Positions 24,607 to 37,449 of a DNA stretch of 64,000 nucleotides are shown here, one piece after another. The stretch is from Raillietiella orientalis. Its lineage: Eukaryota. The translations under genes and the position numbers were made by a program. The stretch spans positions 310,001 through 374,000 of the forward strand of contig JAYWIR010000066.1 of assembly GCA_036172245.1 (NCBI GenBank). Reading direction: 5' to 3'. The notes beneath the pieces are model-generated. The model did no database searches. It was not told the DNA's origin and saw only the letters and a program-made list of their open reading frames with translations. Numbering within the stretch: position 1 is the first letter of the stretch; each line of letters begins with the position of its first letter.

Positions 24607-24874
24607 TCCGAGTGGTTTCAGCGGCGGCCTCTCCAGACCGGACGCATCTCGGCGCTGCCGCCCGCACCCCTGCGGCATTCCCTGCGCCGCCGACGGGCAT
24701 CCCCACCAGCGCCGCTTCCCACCGGCGTTCCCCCGGAGACCGGAGTCTTCCCCGGACAGCGACGCCAGCGCCGGCTCCTCGGGCGACCCCGCGCCCGCCT
24801 TCAGGACGGGTGCCGCCACGTTCCCTCCAGCGAGCCACGCCTTCCTCCTCTCCCGAACGTCCCCCGCGGCCTAG
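24415..24874 (+). CDS. Six3/optix: Six3/6 (Optix) exon 2, low-complexity Q/P/S-rich C-terminus (predicted)
   Basis: A pyrimidine-rich acceptor ctgtcttcccgtAG ends at 24414. The phase-2 join AG+G gives ...KNR-MQQQQQ..., in frame with ORF 24179..24874, which ends in TAG. The predicted intron is 23483-24414. Confidence 0.75.
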
Positions 24875-25139
24875 CGGGCGCACCCCCGCGGTCGGCACAA
24901 AGTCTAGTCTCTGCCTACCCCCACCTTTCCCCCACTCCGCCCCCCTCCCGCCGGATGCGGACGGACTCTGCCGGCAGGACCCGCCGCAAGGAGTGGGCGT
25001 CCCCGATCCAAAGAGGGCGGGGGAGACCCGTCCACGCAGCAAACCTCCTCCCCTTCCCCTTCCCCCTCCGCGTCTCCCTGGCAACCGGCCCGCAGCCGGA
25101 GAGCGGACACGTCGCGCTTGGTGTGTTGGCTCTGAGAAC

Positions 25140-25145
25140 AATAAA
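25140..25145 (+). terminator. Candidate polyadenylation signal of Six3
   Basis: AATAAA lies about 270 nt after the predicted stop. An alternative AATAAATAAA occurs at ~26271. Confidence 0.35.
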
Positions 25146-26599
25146 AGGAAAAAAAGCGACACGGCTGACCCGAGGTCACCTTTGCACGAGGGCTGAAATA
25201 GGGGGAGGCGTTCCGGAACGCCGACCCCCACCCTCACCCATTCCTTCACTCGCCACGGAGGCGGGCGGGACCGCCGCCGGCGAAGCCTTTCGAGAGTCTC
25301 GAACGAGACTCCGGCCCTCTCCCGCCCCGCCACGGGGCGGGGGGGGCCCTAGGCTGCTCCCCGGAGCACGACACGGTCCTCAGATTCCCCTCCCGCCGCG
25401 ATCTTCCGCTCCAAACGCGTCCTCGCAATCTCCCTTCACCCCTCTCCCGCCGTCGTTGCCCCGACGCGCGCCGGGTGCTGACGTGGTGGAAAGGAAGGGA
25501 AGGAGGGGGGGCTGAGAGAGGGGATGCCGGGGTCGGATTAGGGTTCCCCCCCGCCTCCCAGCCTCTCCGCTCCAGTTGATTGCGGTGCTCGCCAGCGGCA
25601 CAATGAGGGGCCGCGCCCTTCGAAACGACGCTGCGAAGGGAAAATCCGTCGCCCAGCAACCGGATCCCGAGCTCCAGGAGTGACAGCTGCCGCCGTCGCT
25701 TCTCTCCGTCCCCCCCCCCCTCCCTCTCCTCTTGCCCACTCGTGTCTCCTTGGAAACGGCAGGGGGAGGAAGAGGGGGGAGGGGAGAGGAAAGACGCCGC
25801 CCCTCCTCCCCGAAAAAGTTCCCCTCCGTTCGCTGCGCCTTTGGCAGCGATGCCGGCGACGTTGCCAAAGTCCCCCACCCCCTTCCTCCTGTCCCCCCTC
25901 CTTCTCTCCGGTGTCCCTACCGCCGCCCCATCCTCCTTCGCGTCTCCACCTCTCGCCCAGGGCAACGGCGAGAAGCTGTGGTCCCCGCTGCTGAGCGGCT
26001 GGCGAAGGCGAGCGTGACCTCATCCTCAGGGATGAGCATGCGTTCGGGAGGACGATCTGGGTCGACCACGCGGCCGGGAGCTCCGAAGGCGGGAGAGGCC
26101 GGGCGCTGCCGCTCTCTCGTGGAGTGCCCTGACCGGCTCCATGGGGTCGGGTGGCAACGCCCTCCCATCCCGGACTGCGATTTGCTAAGAGCGGCGGCCC
26201 GCGCGCCTGGGCCGCGTGGGCCGAGTCGTGCTGCAGGAGCGAAAGGAGAGAGAGAGGAAGAGAACAAACAAATAAATAAAAGAAACTAAAAAGTCGCTCC
26301 CTTCCTTCCTCCTCTTCCGCTGTTTCCTCGGGAATGGTGCGTTTCCCCTCCTTTCTTTTCTCCCCTATTTTCTCCACTGAGGCGCGCGCAATATAGATGG
26401 GGTTCTTTCTCCCTCCCGGAGGCAGCAGAGAAAGAGGAGGGAGGCCACCATTGCGAGGCTCGGTGGAGCTGAACCGAGGGTGGTCCATGCTCCTCATGCT
26501 TTTCCATCGGGTTCTGCCGGACGCTGCAGCCCGTTACCGAGGCGACCAGAGGGCTTCGTCGTTGGCCGTGCTTTTTTCTTCTTCCGTGCCGTCGGATCT

Positions 26600-27110
26600 G
26601 GTTCTCAACGGCGCACGTCGGACTCCAAGGAATGGGAGCTCCTGGGGCGATTCCGCAGGCGGTTTCCTCTGCGGCGATGCTGAAGCCGCTCCTGAACCCG
26701 GAAGGAAGCTGCCAACAGCACTCGCGAGACTCGAGAGGATCAAGAGAGCCCTGGGAAGGCAGGCAGCATTCCCACGCAGCGTCCTCATCACCAGGGCTGC
26801 CCAGCACCTCCGTTGCTGGCGGAGGGGTTTGGGGTGTTCTTGGGGGAAAGTGGGTGGGTGGATTGAGAAGTGTCACGGGCACGCGGATGACACCAGACGG
26901 GGACTCCGTTGGACCAAGCCTGGTGGTGGTGTCCGTCTCTTGGGGAGGCCAGGGAGCGTCAGGTTCTTCCCTACCTCCTCATCTCGCTCGCCAGCTTCAG
27001 ATCCAGGGTTGCAGAAAGACATCCACAGCTTCCACCGCCTTTTGCTGGATCCGACCGCAACCTTCGTTGCTGCTGGCTCACGCCGGGGTGACGCGTGTGG
27101 TTGACGTTGC
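26600..27110 (+). mobile_element. RTE-like RT relic
   Basis: GAPGAIPQA, IEKCHGH, LQIQGC.K and FVAAGSRRGD (GVRQGD-like) appear in order. Confidence 0.35.
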
Positions 27111-28379
27111 ATCGCTGGAGTAGGGCGAACACGCCACCGGGCTTGGAACCCGCAGGCTTCCCCTCGGTTCCCGTGCTTCTTCGCCACTTGGCCAAGCGCT
27201 CCCGTTGCGCGGGTATACATAGAGAAAGCATCGTCGTTGCGCGGGTATACATAGGAGGCATTATCGCCCCCCTGGAGACTCGAACGGGCGGAAGGCGTCG
27301 TCGTTTGGGGCGTGCTGGTGCGCGTGCGCGCGATGCCCCGGCCGCGTTGGACGCTGCGCCATCTTCACGGGCCGTGTGGGCTTCCCATGTGCCCGTAGCC
27401 CGCGGGAGCTGTCACAGAATGAAGGGGGCTGAATCTCTGCGGCCTTCGACATCCTCGCGCCTCCTCGTCCTGCCCTCATCAGGTCGCGGCGTCATCCGCA
27501 GAAGCATCCGAGGATACTTCTGCGGATGATCGGTCGGCGCAGTTTCCTTCTCGGACGCGCCCGCGTTCTGGACCTTCCCTTCGTCCGGAGCACGCCCCAA
27601 ACGACGGGCGGGTCCGTCCAATACGGCCGCGGCATCTTGCGGGGCTGTTCTGGGCGGCGACCGTGACTTTCGCCGAGGGCTGCTCGCGCTCTGGTTTCAC
27701 CAGCAAGTGTCGTAGCCACGGGGGGTTTCCAGCTCTCCGTGGAGAGCCAGCCGAGGTGGTTCGCGTGCGTCCTTGGAGCACGTCTCCGGCTCCCGAAGAA
27801 CGGTGTCGCTCCTGGAAAACCAGGATGCGAATGGAGCCGCGGTGACCGCGCGCTGGAAAAGCGGAAGGGAGGGGGTGCGCGTGTCTCCCCCCCTTCCCTC
27901 CCTTCCCTCCTTTCGTGCGCGTGCGCGCGCGCCTTCTTGAGCGTTGCCGCCATGCCCTTTGGATGATGTGCGACACGCGTCGATCGCGGCCGTGGCGCGC
28001 GAGGCTGGCATTTCATGCCCCGCGCCCTCGTCCTCCTTGTCCGATCGGCCGCCCGGTTGCTAGGGGCGTTTTCCCATCGCCTCTCGGCAACCCTGTGGCT
28101 GGCGGCCCGAGCGCGCGCTTCCCTTCGCGGCGAAGCTGCTGCCGGACCTCCGCCCCTTCCGCTTCGCGGGTTCTGAGTCTCCAATCTCCTGCAGCCCTCT
28201 GCGACGACGCAGGGACGGAGTCGAGGGGACGACCACTGACTCGGGAAGGGCGGGTAGGTCCATCCCCGGCTTCATCCTACCGAACTCAGCCTCGGAAACG
28301 CGCACCAGCCTGCCTGGGGCCGAGGCTGCCGCCCTGGTGAACGGGCATCCCGCGTCTGCGGCCCCGTGCGGCTACGTCC

Positions 28380-29190
28380 CTCCGCGTGCGCGGCGCCAGG
28401 ACGGTCGCGGTTTCGAATTCCCCTCGGGGGAAGAGTCGGCGCCGAGAAATGAAGAGGGTGAGAGGGTGCTCCGTGCGGTTTCGAGTCTTCCCCCTCAGGA
28501 TGGCGCTGGTCCGGGGTGCGGTGGCACTGATGGACGCCGGCAACCCCCGTCGACTGGCTGGGATCGCAAACAGACCTTTCGGGGTCCTTCCAGGACATCA
28601 AAGAGTCCTTTGGGGGAACCCCGAAGCGCGGGGGTGAAGGTGGAGCCGTTACCACGGAGACGGTTTGATATCCCGAGAGGGACATCCTCCCGTCTCCGTG
28701 GTAACGACTCCATCTTCATGTGAGCTGATCTTCATCTGTGAAACGTCTTCGTGTGTCCATCTCGACCCCTCGGAGGTCGCAACCTCTCCAGTGTGCAAGT
28801 AGCGCGCTGCCCCCTTAGGGGAGAGAGCCCTTCAGAGGAATCGGGAAGCCTTCTTTGGAATTACCAAGGGTGAAGGACGGACACCTTGCTCCAGAGCCTT
28901 CCCGGATTCGTAGGGTGGTCCCTCCGAGGTCGCCCCCTATAACTCGAAGAGTCACGCACACCTTCGGGTGTCGCGGACGGCGCCAAAGAGCTCGGAGCCC
29001 CGCATCTCGGCACGGCGACAGGAGAGGCACCAGCGGGACCCCGAAGCGGGGGCGGCAACATCCCTCCCCAAGCGTGAGAGGAACGGACTCCGAGCCCTTC
29101 CTGGATTCATAGGGCGGACCCCATCCCAGGGTGCCCCCTATCCTGAGGAATATTACACTGAAGAATTACACGCCCCCCCGTCCTGCGGCA
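28380..29190 (+). mobile_element. SINE-like family, copy 5
   Basis: B-box-like gtcgcggtttcgaattccc (~28404). 29062-29180 is nearly identical to 34832-34935. Confidence 0.75.
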
Positions 29191-29499
29191 ACGTTCTGCG
29201 AATCCCCGCCCCAGGAGGCGATCGATCCGGAACCTTCCAGACCTCTCCATTCGTCCACGGGGGTGACCTCGTTAGGAGAGGTAGAACAACTTGGTCTGTC
29301 CAAAGTTTTTCAAGGTTGGACGCGTTCTGCTGGGTAGAGTTTCGCGCCCCTCCCCCCTCCCGCCTCCCAGGGCCCTCGGGGTAGCTCTGACCAGCCGGGA
29401 AAGCCGGCGCCGTCGTCGGTGAACCGACGACGGCGCCTCGGGACAAAGATCCTGAAACGGAAGCTCCCGGACAAGCTCCGCCGCGAATTCCTTGGCCGC

Positions 29500-30150
29500 G
29501 TTTCCGGATGGCCTTCGCGCGGTCGCGGGCGCAGCCAATCGGAACGCGGAGTGCCTTTTTTTCCGAGGGATCTCCTTCGTCGCAGTTCCCTGCACCCCGA
29601 GGTCGGCAGCCTTCCAGTTCCCAGGGTGCTCCCATCGAGTTCGAGCACCCCGGCACGGGGCGAGGCCTCTTCCCGCCTGCTTCCTCCCTCCCCTCCCTGG
29701 AAGTGGACGGCGAACGTCCGAAGAGAGGAAAACCTGAACTTTCGCTCCTCCATGACGGTCTGTTTCAAAGGGGCCGTTCGATCCAATCGGGCAGGGAGAT
29801 TCTCGTGCGAGAAGGATAAGGGGGAGAGGAGGAGGAAGAGGGGGATTCCAGTACCCCCATTTTTCTTTTGTCTGTGTTCGTCGTGGCGGATCACCTTCGA
29901 GCACTCGAGTCCAATGCTTATTGGACGTCGTCGAATCTCCCGCGCGCCGTTTCCGTGGAAACGACCGGTCGAAAACCCGGCTGTTGTCTTCTGCCGCTGT
30001 TTTCACGCTACCGGGACTGGCGAAAGGAAAGATCCTTCGTGGACGCGAGCGAAGGTGGAGGCTGCCCCGGCTTGCGCCCGGGTGGCCGCCCACAGACCGG
30101 AAGTCGCAGGAGGGAGGAAACCTCCTGCCGAGAACCGAGGCCCTCCGGTC
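29500..30150 (-). mobile_element. RTE-like RT relic
   Basis: QQPGFRPVVST (Q.GFR...ST, ~29955-29990), FDDVQ*ALDS (FVD..KAFDS-like, ~29905-29935) and KMGV. Confidence 0.5.
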
Positions 30151-30595
30151 GCCATCGGCCAGCGCAGTCGTTTCGCCTCCGACGTCCGAGTCCCCGTCGC
30201 GGCGCTCTCCACGACTCCGAGGCGTTTCCGTGGCGACGGAACGTACGGCTCCGTACTTTCGACGCGGGCGCCGCACCGCGCTTTCCCACCCCCCGCGGTC
30301 TGCCAAATTCTGCGCGGCCTCCGAGGAGCTCGTCGCGCGAGCGCGGTCGGACTTCGCATATCCGACTGCGCGCCTCTCAGCGGTAACCATGGAAGTCGTC
30401 CCGCGGAATCCCGCTACCGCCGCGGCTCCTGCTGGGTCTGCGCATCCGGGGAACGTCCCCCCCTCCCCTTTCCAGCGTCCCGACAGCTCGCAGGAGACTC
30501 TTCCTCCGGGACATCCCGACATCCGTCCGACGACCGATCCCTCGGGAACTTGGAACACCGCGCAGGAAAAAACGTGGAGGAGGAGGACGCGCGTG

Positions 30596-30636
<41 letters not shown>

Positions 30637-31119
30637 CAATCGTTTCCACGGTTTCAGCAACGCGTCTCGAGAGACGCGGGGGCGGGATCCGCGCCAGGAT
30701 GAAATTCCATCCGCATTCGCAATCGCCTCTCGGATTAAGGTCGTCGCAACTCCTCCTCCTCTTCCCCCTGTCCCGCCAGGTCACACCCGGAGATGGAGCT
30801 CAAGCACGCCAGGACGAAGAGGGTGGTGGGGGGAAGGGGGGAGATCGGCTTGCACTCGGGAATGCAGCGACTTCTGGATTCTTCCCGATCAGGTGTCGGG
30901 GACGGACCGCGCGCTCCAGCGCATGCCAGCGGCAGCAGCAGCCTCGGACGAGGAAGAGGAAGGAGGAGGGAGATCGCCGGAGAGGCGCCGACCCCATTCC
31001 ACGAAGAGCGATCGTTCCTGCAACGGAAGGGACGGGGTCCCTCCTCCACCTCCCCGTCGCGTCCATCCCGCGCGCGCGCAATGCCCCGAGCGGCGTCGGG
31101 GGACAGCGAGGCGGCGCAC

Positions 31120-31460
31120 GAGATAATTCGCACCCAACATATTGATTCAGTCCGCAACTCCGATTTCACGGGCTAATCTAGGGACAATTCTCTTCAAACA
31201 CCGGGAGCACGAGGGGGCAGCAGTCTCACACTCATTCCGCGTTTTCGTTCCCCCTTTCAATGGGGGTAGCATTTTTGGGAGATTAGAGCGCCTCCTCGTC
31301 CATAGAACCGGATCTCTTTCAGGCCTGCTGCTGGTTAGAGGTCCCACATCACCCTCGAACATGAATACATAAGCGGCCGCGCATCGGATCATTAAGGGAG
31401 CACGGGGAGGGAGCACTTCCAGCGGGCTGGTAATCGCGCAGCGATTCTCGGCGTGTCACT
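31120..31460. promoter_or_regulatory. Putative downstream enhancer
   Basis: A cluster of GATAAT, ATTGAT, TAATCT, AGATTA, ATCATTAA and TAATCG homeodomain-type cores, flanked by microsatellites, with no TE motifs. Confidence 0.35.
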
Positions 31461-33159
31461 CATCTCCCTCTTTCATCATATTCTTCCTTCTGCTTTCTTT
31501 CTTTCTTTCTTTCTTTCCTTCCTCCTCTCTTTTTTTTTTTTTTTTCTTTTCCTCCTCCTTCTTCTTCTTCTTCTTCTCTCCCTCTCCCTCTCCCTCCTGC
31601 CACATTTTATTCCATATCCCGCACGGCATGAACCGCGCGTCTTTGTTCCTTGCAGCTCCATTTCAGCAGCTTCGGGAAAAAAGGGAAAGGCCGCAACCGA
31701 TCGATCCGGTCACCCCCGAAGTGGGGAATGCCTCCTCCACACGCGCGCCCCCGAGACGCGTGTTGTTCTTCGGGTGCTCGAGGTGCGCGCCGAGCGATGG
31801 ACGCTTCCTCCTCGGCGGGGAAGGTTCAACGATCGTGTGCAAGGAAGAAGGCAAGTAGCCCGAGCGCCTTCGAATGGAGTTCGCACCTGGAATCCGGAGC
31901 CAACCCAGATGGTGGATGCGACCGCTCTCTCTCTCTCTCTCTTTGTCACCGAAAGCGAACGGCCACCAACTTCTTTTTATCCTCCTCCTCCTCTTTTTCC
32001 GTACGCTCACGTCGCTGCCGGATACCCAGCAAGGAGAGAGCACAACGCCCGGATGGCAGCCTCGTCGTCGCAGGGGAGCCGGCGGCTGACGGAGGGGGGC
32101 GGGAGAGAGAGAGAGAGGTCGCCACGGTGTCCCGGGCGGCGGCACGCGTGACAGCAAATGGCCCTCCCGTCTGTTTTCCTTCTTTTTTTTTTTTTTTTTT
32201 CTAGCAACGCACGCGCAGAACACGCACGCACTTCCCGTTCTCTCGCGCCCATCCCGTCAGTGCGACGAGGCAACGATGCTGCGCAGCTGCCGGACCTCAC
32301 TGTTGCCGCTGGAAGGCGCAACCCGCGCTCCAGCTCGTCTCCAAAGGCAACCCTTTGAGGAGTTGCGTCGAAGACTCGGGGGCTACGGGGGTGGGTGGAA
32401 AGGGATGGAAAGAGCGGCAGCGCGCATGCGTCTCGGCTGGCAGAAAAAAACGCACGCACGCTCGCACGCGGAGGCGAAAAGCAAAGAAGAAAGCGTTTCT
32501 GTGTGTGCACGCGCGCTTTCCCCAAACGCACGTTCCCGAAGACCTCCTGCGCAGTTTTTCAGTGCTTGGTGGTCGACCTTCCCCGGCGTGGTTTCGACCG
32601 GGATATCCGTGGACGGAGCGCCGCCGAAGAGAGAGAGAGAGAGAGAGAGAGAGCCGCAGATGCTGAACTCGCACCCTCACCAATTTCGACTCAGCACGCA
32701 ATACCAACGCTTCAGGGATAGAAAAGGGTTCCTCATGGCAGGAGCAGCGGCTCTTGAGAACACAAGCCATCCAGGAGAGAGAGAGAGAGAGAAATGGCGA
32801 TGGAAGGCGCCCAAGGTGGGCACAGCTGGGACGGACAACAACGAGCATCCCCCTGGGGCGACTGCGGTTTGCACGCGTCTCCCCGGGCGAAGCGAATCCC
32901 CACCCGAGGGACCGTTCGTGAAACCTTTCGTCGCTCCTCGTCCAGCCGACAAATCCAGCAAAGCGCGTGCGTCCTCTTCCCCCTCCGCCCCCCACTCGCG
33001 CGGCCTCCCGGCGGCGTCGGCGACGAGGGACTCCCGTCCGGAAATTCCCAGGTCGCGTAAGGTGAAGGTCCGTCCCTGCCCCGCGCGGCGAAGGAATCCG
33101 CCGGGTCCCACGGCGCAGCTCGATGAACCAGGGCGGGTCCACCCCGCGCAACTGGCCAA

Positions 33160-33400
33160 GTGGCGCGGGAGACAAATAATCGAATCAAAGGAACTTGTCG
33201 CTCGAGGAGGGCGCATTACGAGCGAAGCCCGGCCCCGGGAGCCTTTGTTTGGGCTCCAGGCCATCGAGTCGCAGAATGAGGGGAGGGCAGGGTGAGCGTT
33301 TTATTCGGCGAAGCCACCCCAAAACTGAAACCCAACCTGGAGAGGCGATTTCGGAAGCGATAAATGAATGTTTTCTCCCCGCAATTGAGCGAAGGTGGGC
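33160..33400. promoter_or_regulatory. Putative downstream enhancer
   Basis: TAATCG, ATCAAAG (TCF-type), CTTTGTT, TTTATT, GATAAAT and CAATTG all lie within 240 bp. Confidence 0.3.
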
Positions 33401-34109
33401 GCGGGCATTGTACCGAGGAGGCGCAGCTGCCAGAGCGACGGGAACACTCCATGCGGGAGCGGTTTCGCCGGGAGGGGAAGGGAAAAATCCTTCAATGGTC
33501 GCGGATCAACGCGTCCGGCGTACGCATTCGGCGCGCGCTCCCGCTTCATTCATGGGGTCCTTCCGCAAATCCGTGAATGAGGAGCGGGAAAGGATCCCCC
33601 CTCCCTCGAAGAGGAGGATCGGTTTCTCCCCGAAAGTCAGGAATCCCGATGAAATTCTCGTTTCGAGAATGACCTTCCAGCAGCTTCAAGGGCCGAGTCG
33701 AGCCCACAGCTACAGAAAGGAACTGCCGCAGTATCTCCCTCCCGCCTCTGTCCCCCAACGCACCGTCCGGACCAACACCACCAACGACAACTGGCCTGCC
33801 GAAGGGAGGGCACGCACACGCCAAATCCTGAGGGCACGATCTGACCCCGACGGATGATGATGATCGAAGAGAACCTGCGCTCCTTGGCGCGGGGCGAAGG
33901 GGGAGAGAAACTTGGCTTCCTCAAGTTCGCACCCGCGGGAAGCTTTCTCGTTGGGTCCGGGCTGCGCCGGAAAGGTGAGACTGGCCGGCAACGGGGAAGC
34001 GTTCCAGAGTGAACGCCTGGGAGAGAGAACGTGGGAGGATTCGAACCCACACAGCCTTCCGCTAGGCCGGCTGGTGTGTTCGCCGGCGCTCGCCTCCACA
34101 GTGCCGACA

Positions 34110-34940
34110 GCCCGCGTCGGAGCCCTTGTGGTTAAGGCTTCCGCGTGTGGCACCACGCGTCGCGGGTTCGAATACTCCGGCAGAAACTCTGACGCCACTG
34201 CGTCGTTGGGTGCCGAGTTTCTCCTGCAACGGCGCTGGTTGGCCGAGACATTCGGGCGTGGCACCGGCGGTTGATTAAGCCGGAGGCCCCCGATGAAGGC
34301 CGGAACAATGGGAGTCGACCTTCGGGTCCTTCCAGGAATAAAGGAGTGGTGAGTTCCCCCTCCTGTCGTACAACGGAGAGCGGACCCCCCCCCCCACCGG
34401 GGGACCCCTCCGGTTTCAAGATGGATCAGGAGCCCTCACGGGCACCTCTCCAGTTGTTCAAAGGAGCGGACCCTCCCCGTTGCGGGGGGGTCCCTCCGAG
34501 TCGTCGCCTCTTCACAGAGTGTGCACAAGGAAGCAAGCGAGAGCGATTCCCTGTGGGATGCTGCAGCGCTCCTTCTGAGTTTCGGAAGCGCCCCTTCGGG
34601 GATCTCTTCAGAGGAGTGAACAGGAGCGGTTCCCTTGCGGGTTCCCTCCGGAGAAGAAATTCCTACAAGCGGATCCCTTTCCGGGTTCCCTTCGGAGAAG
34701 TTGAAATGGAGAGGACCACCCCCCATTACGGGGGATGTCCCTCCGGAGAGAATGAGGAAGGAGATTCCCTTCGGGGTTCCCCTTCGGAGGCAACCAGGGT
34801 GGGAGGCGCGATGCCCCCCGTCCGGGGGGAACCCTCCCCAAGCGTGAGAGGAACGGACGCCGAGCCCTTCCTGGATTCATAGGGCGGACCCCCATCCCGG
34901 GATGTCCCCTATCCTGAAGAATTACACGCCCCCCCCTGCG
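34110..34940 (+). mobile_element. SINE-like family, copy 6, best-preserved tRNA-like head
   Basis: A-box-like TGGTTAAGG (34129-34137), hairpin cgcgtg-tggcac-cacgcg and B-box GGTTCGAAT (34165-34173), followed by the family body. Confidence 0.75.
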
Positions 34941-35149
34941 GGCTGCCGCGGGCGGAGGGGCGTGGAAACAAAACAGTGCCGACAGCCAGGTACATATGGA
35001 AAGCACTGCCGCCCTGTGGTGGCGACTCGACCGCCGCTTGGGTGCGCGCCCCAGCCAGACATGCGCCCTCGACGTGTCGACGACCTACCTTCCCGCCGAG
35101 CGCAGCGCGCTCCCGGAACAACCGCTGCCACTACTTCTTTCAGAACACC

Positions 35150-36240
35150 ATCGCGTTCCCGGGACCGCGGTAATCTCCAGCGGCTGACGCCTGGGTCCCT
35201 TCTGGGAGTGAAAGAAAGAGCGTGTGATGAGGATTTGGGAGCATTCACGTCAGGATCCATCGAGGGGGAAGCTCGGCCAGACCCCGGTGGCGGCGTCAGA
35301 AACAGTTGGGCGGTGAAAAAACATGCCTCTCTCCCAGAGTAGAGACCGGGAAGTGAGGAGGGGGAACAGGCACCGCCCCGCGTGGAACTACGTCGCTCTT
35401 CGCCCGCTCGCCGGCGAAGATCCCTTGCTCTCCGCGTGCGGACGGACTCCCTCGCGAGTTTCCCACTTTGGCATCCAGTGGGGCGAGCGGTGCACCTCCG
35501 GGGAGGTGCAGGGGCCACGTGGGAGGGGTCCTCCAGCCACGCATCCCACTGCCGCATCCGGTGGTCAACGCGAGTTGAGGCCTTCCACCGACCCCTTCCC
35601 AGACGAAGCAGACTACAGGGCGCGGGTGCGGATCTGGCGCTCCGGGTCGACGTGGAGGGCACTCTCAGGGGTCAACTTCCCGCGAGCGCTGCGCGGAAAC
35701 AGCGAAGGACGCCTCCCCGGGGGAGGGCGGACCGGACTGCGCCGCCGAGAGGCGCGTGGCAGGGAGTGGCGAGCTCCGACGTGCGCCACGGCAGGGTGCC
35801 CTCCTAGAGGCGCGGGGGTCCTCCTGGAACCCTCGGAAGGAGGACGGAAGGCGGGGAGGGGCCAAGCGGAGGGAGGAGTTGGTGGCTAAGGTAGCCGGCG
35901 GGTGAAGGTGGCTGGCGGATAAATGCGGAGGCAGCGGAGGTGGAGGAACTGGTTGAAGGCCGTATGCGGAGGCGACGGAGGTGGCTGGTGGATGGATGAG
36001 GACGCGACGGAGTGAATGGCGGATGAAAGTGGAAGGGACGGAGGTTTTCAACTAGTAATAATCACACCTCTCTTCCGTTCCCAGACCGTGATATTTATCT
36101 CCAAGCGGCGGAGGTCGCCGGCGTACGAAGGTGGTTGGTGGTAGTTCGCTTCCTCGAGCACGCCGCTGGTGACCGCGAGCACGAGGACGCTGACATTCCA
36201 CGTCCCATTCCGAAGGCTGGCAAGGCGCTTCCGTAGGGGC
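35150..36240 (-). mobile_element. RTE-like APE endonuclease relic
   Basis: LRNGTWNVSVL (GTWNVRTL-like), DLRRLEINITVWE.R, SVASAYG (YAP-like), PLDAKVG (GDFNAKVG-like) and T*MLPNPHH. Confidence 0.6.
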
Positions 36241-37449
36241 TTCGTTCCTCCCCACGACGAAGTCGCAGCCGCGGCGACTCCACGCCGGGTGACCCTTCGC
36301 CTCTGGCCATCACCTGGCGCCTGGCGCGCCACCAGTGGCCCGCCTCCGCATCCACCCGTCAGCCACCTCCTGTGGAGCTGGTGGAGGCAGCCGCCCGCCC
36401 GTCCGCTCTGCGGCTGGCGCTGGCAGGAGGGCGGGGCGCTGGAGTCCCTGATGCCCGCATGGCGGCGCGGGTGGCTCCCGTGGAACGCAGGCGTCCAGAG
36501 ATAGCAGGTCTCTCCGGGTCGCCGGAAGGCTCATCTCCCTTGCCGAGCGGACCTATCCGGACGGGTGCCGCGGAAAGCCGATCCCGCCTCTCCTGCGGTC
36601 CGGCGAGTCTCGGGTTCCCCCCTGCACCGGAGGGCAGGGAGGATCATTGGGTTTGGCAACCACTCGGCCTGGGGTGGCCGGACGCGGGTTTTGCAGGACG
36701 AGTCGGTTTCCCCATCGCGGGAGCGCGGTGGATGCGGCACCCCCGGTGGTCCTGAGACTGGGCAGTCTGGTCCTCGGAGAGCCGCTCTCAGGGAACAGGC
36801 GTGGCCCACTCCCTCCTGCCGCTCCCAGATTTCCAAGACGACGAAGCCCCTCTCCGACCAACTCCTGCCGTAGAGCACCGATGGAGAGAGAGGGCGGAGG
36901 AGGCGAAAGCTGCGAATCGCGACGCTGCGAGCGCAGGGAGCTCCTCCCGAAGCGCCCGCACACTCGCCGCGGCCGGTTCAGGAAGCCTCGCCGAGGCGCA
37001 CCTGCGGCAGACGTGTCCTCGCGGCATGGGAGGGAAGGTCGCAGCCGCGCGCGCAGAGAGGATGCGTGCAGTCCTCCCGGAGACGGGAGAAGCCTCCCGC
37101 CACGCCAGGAGCCTCGCGGCGGCCGCGGGAGGGGCGCGCGCGGCAACCGTGCGCATGCGCCGCTCGCCGGGAGCGACTCTGCCTGGTACGCGCCCTGCGG
37201 CGGACGGCAGGAGGTAGAGGCGTGCGCGACCTGCAGTGCCCCTGCCCTCCCCCATTCTCTCGCCCGGCTGTGCGGGGAAGCGCCGCCCGCGTGGCAACGA
37301 GTGGCACGCAACAACACTCCTTAGCAACGGGGCACGCCTCCGTGCCTCTGTCCATCCGCGACGAGAGGAGCCCGCCGGCCCTCATCAGGCGTCACTGGGG
37401 TGTTGTCTCATCGGCAATGGACGCATATTACCTACTTGTACATGAGTAA

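Noticed and set aside
22764..25196. 810-aa single-exon ORF
   Set aside because: Homology ends at KNR, where a canonical donor lies. The remainder is read-through of a GC-rich intron and the wrong frame of exon 2.
29500..36240. RTE endonuclease (35-36 kb) and RT (29.5-30 kb) as one element
   Set aside because: They share strand and order, but are separated by about 5 kb that includes enhancer-like non-TE sequence. Continuity cannot be shown.
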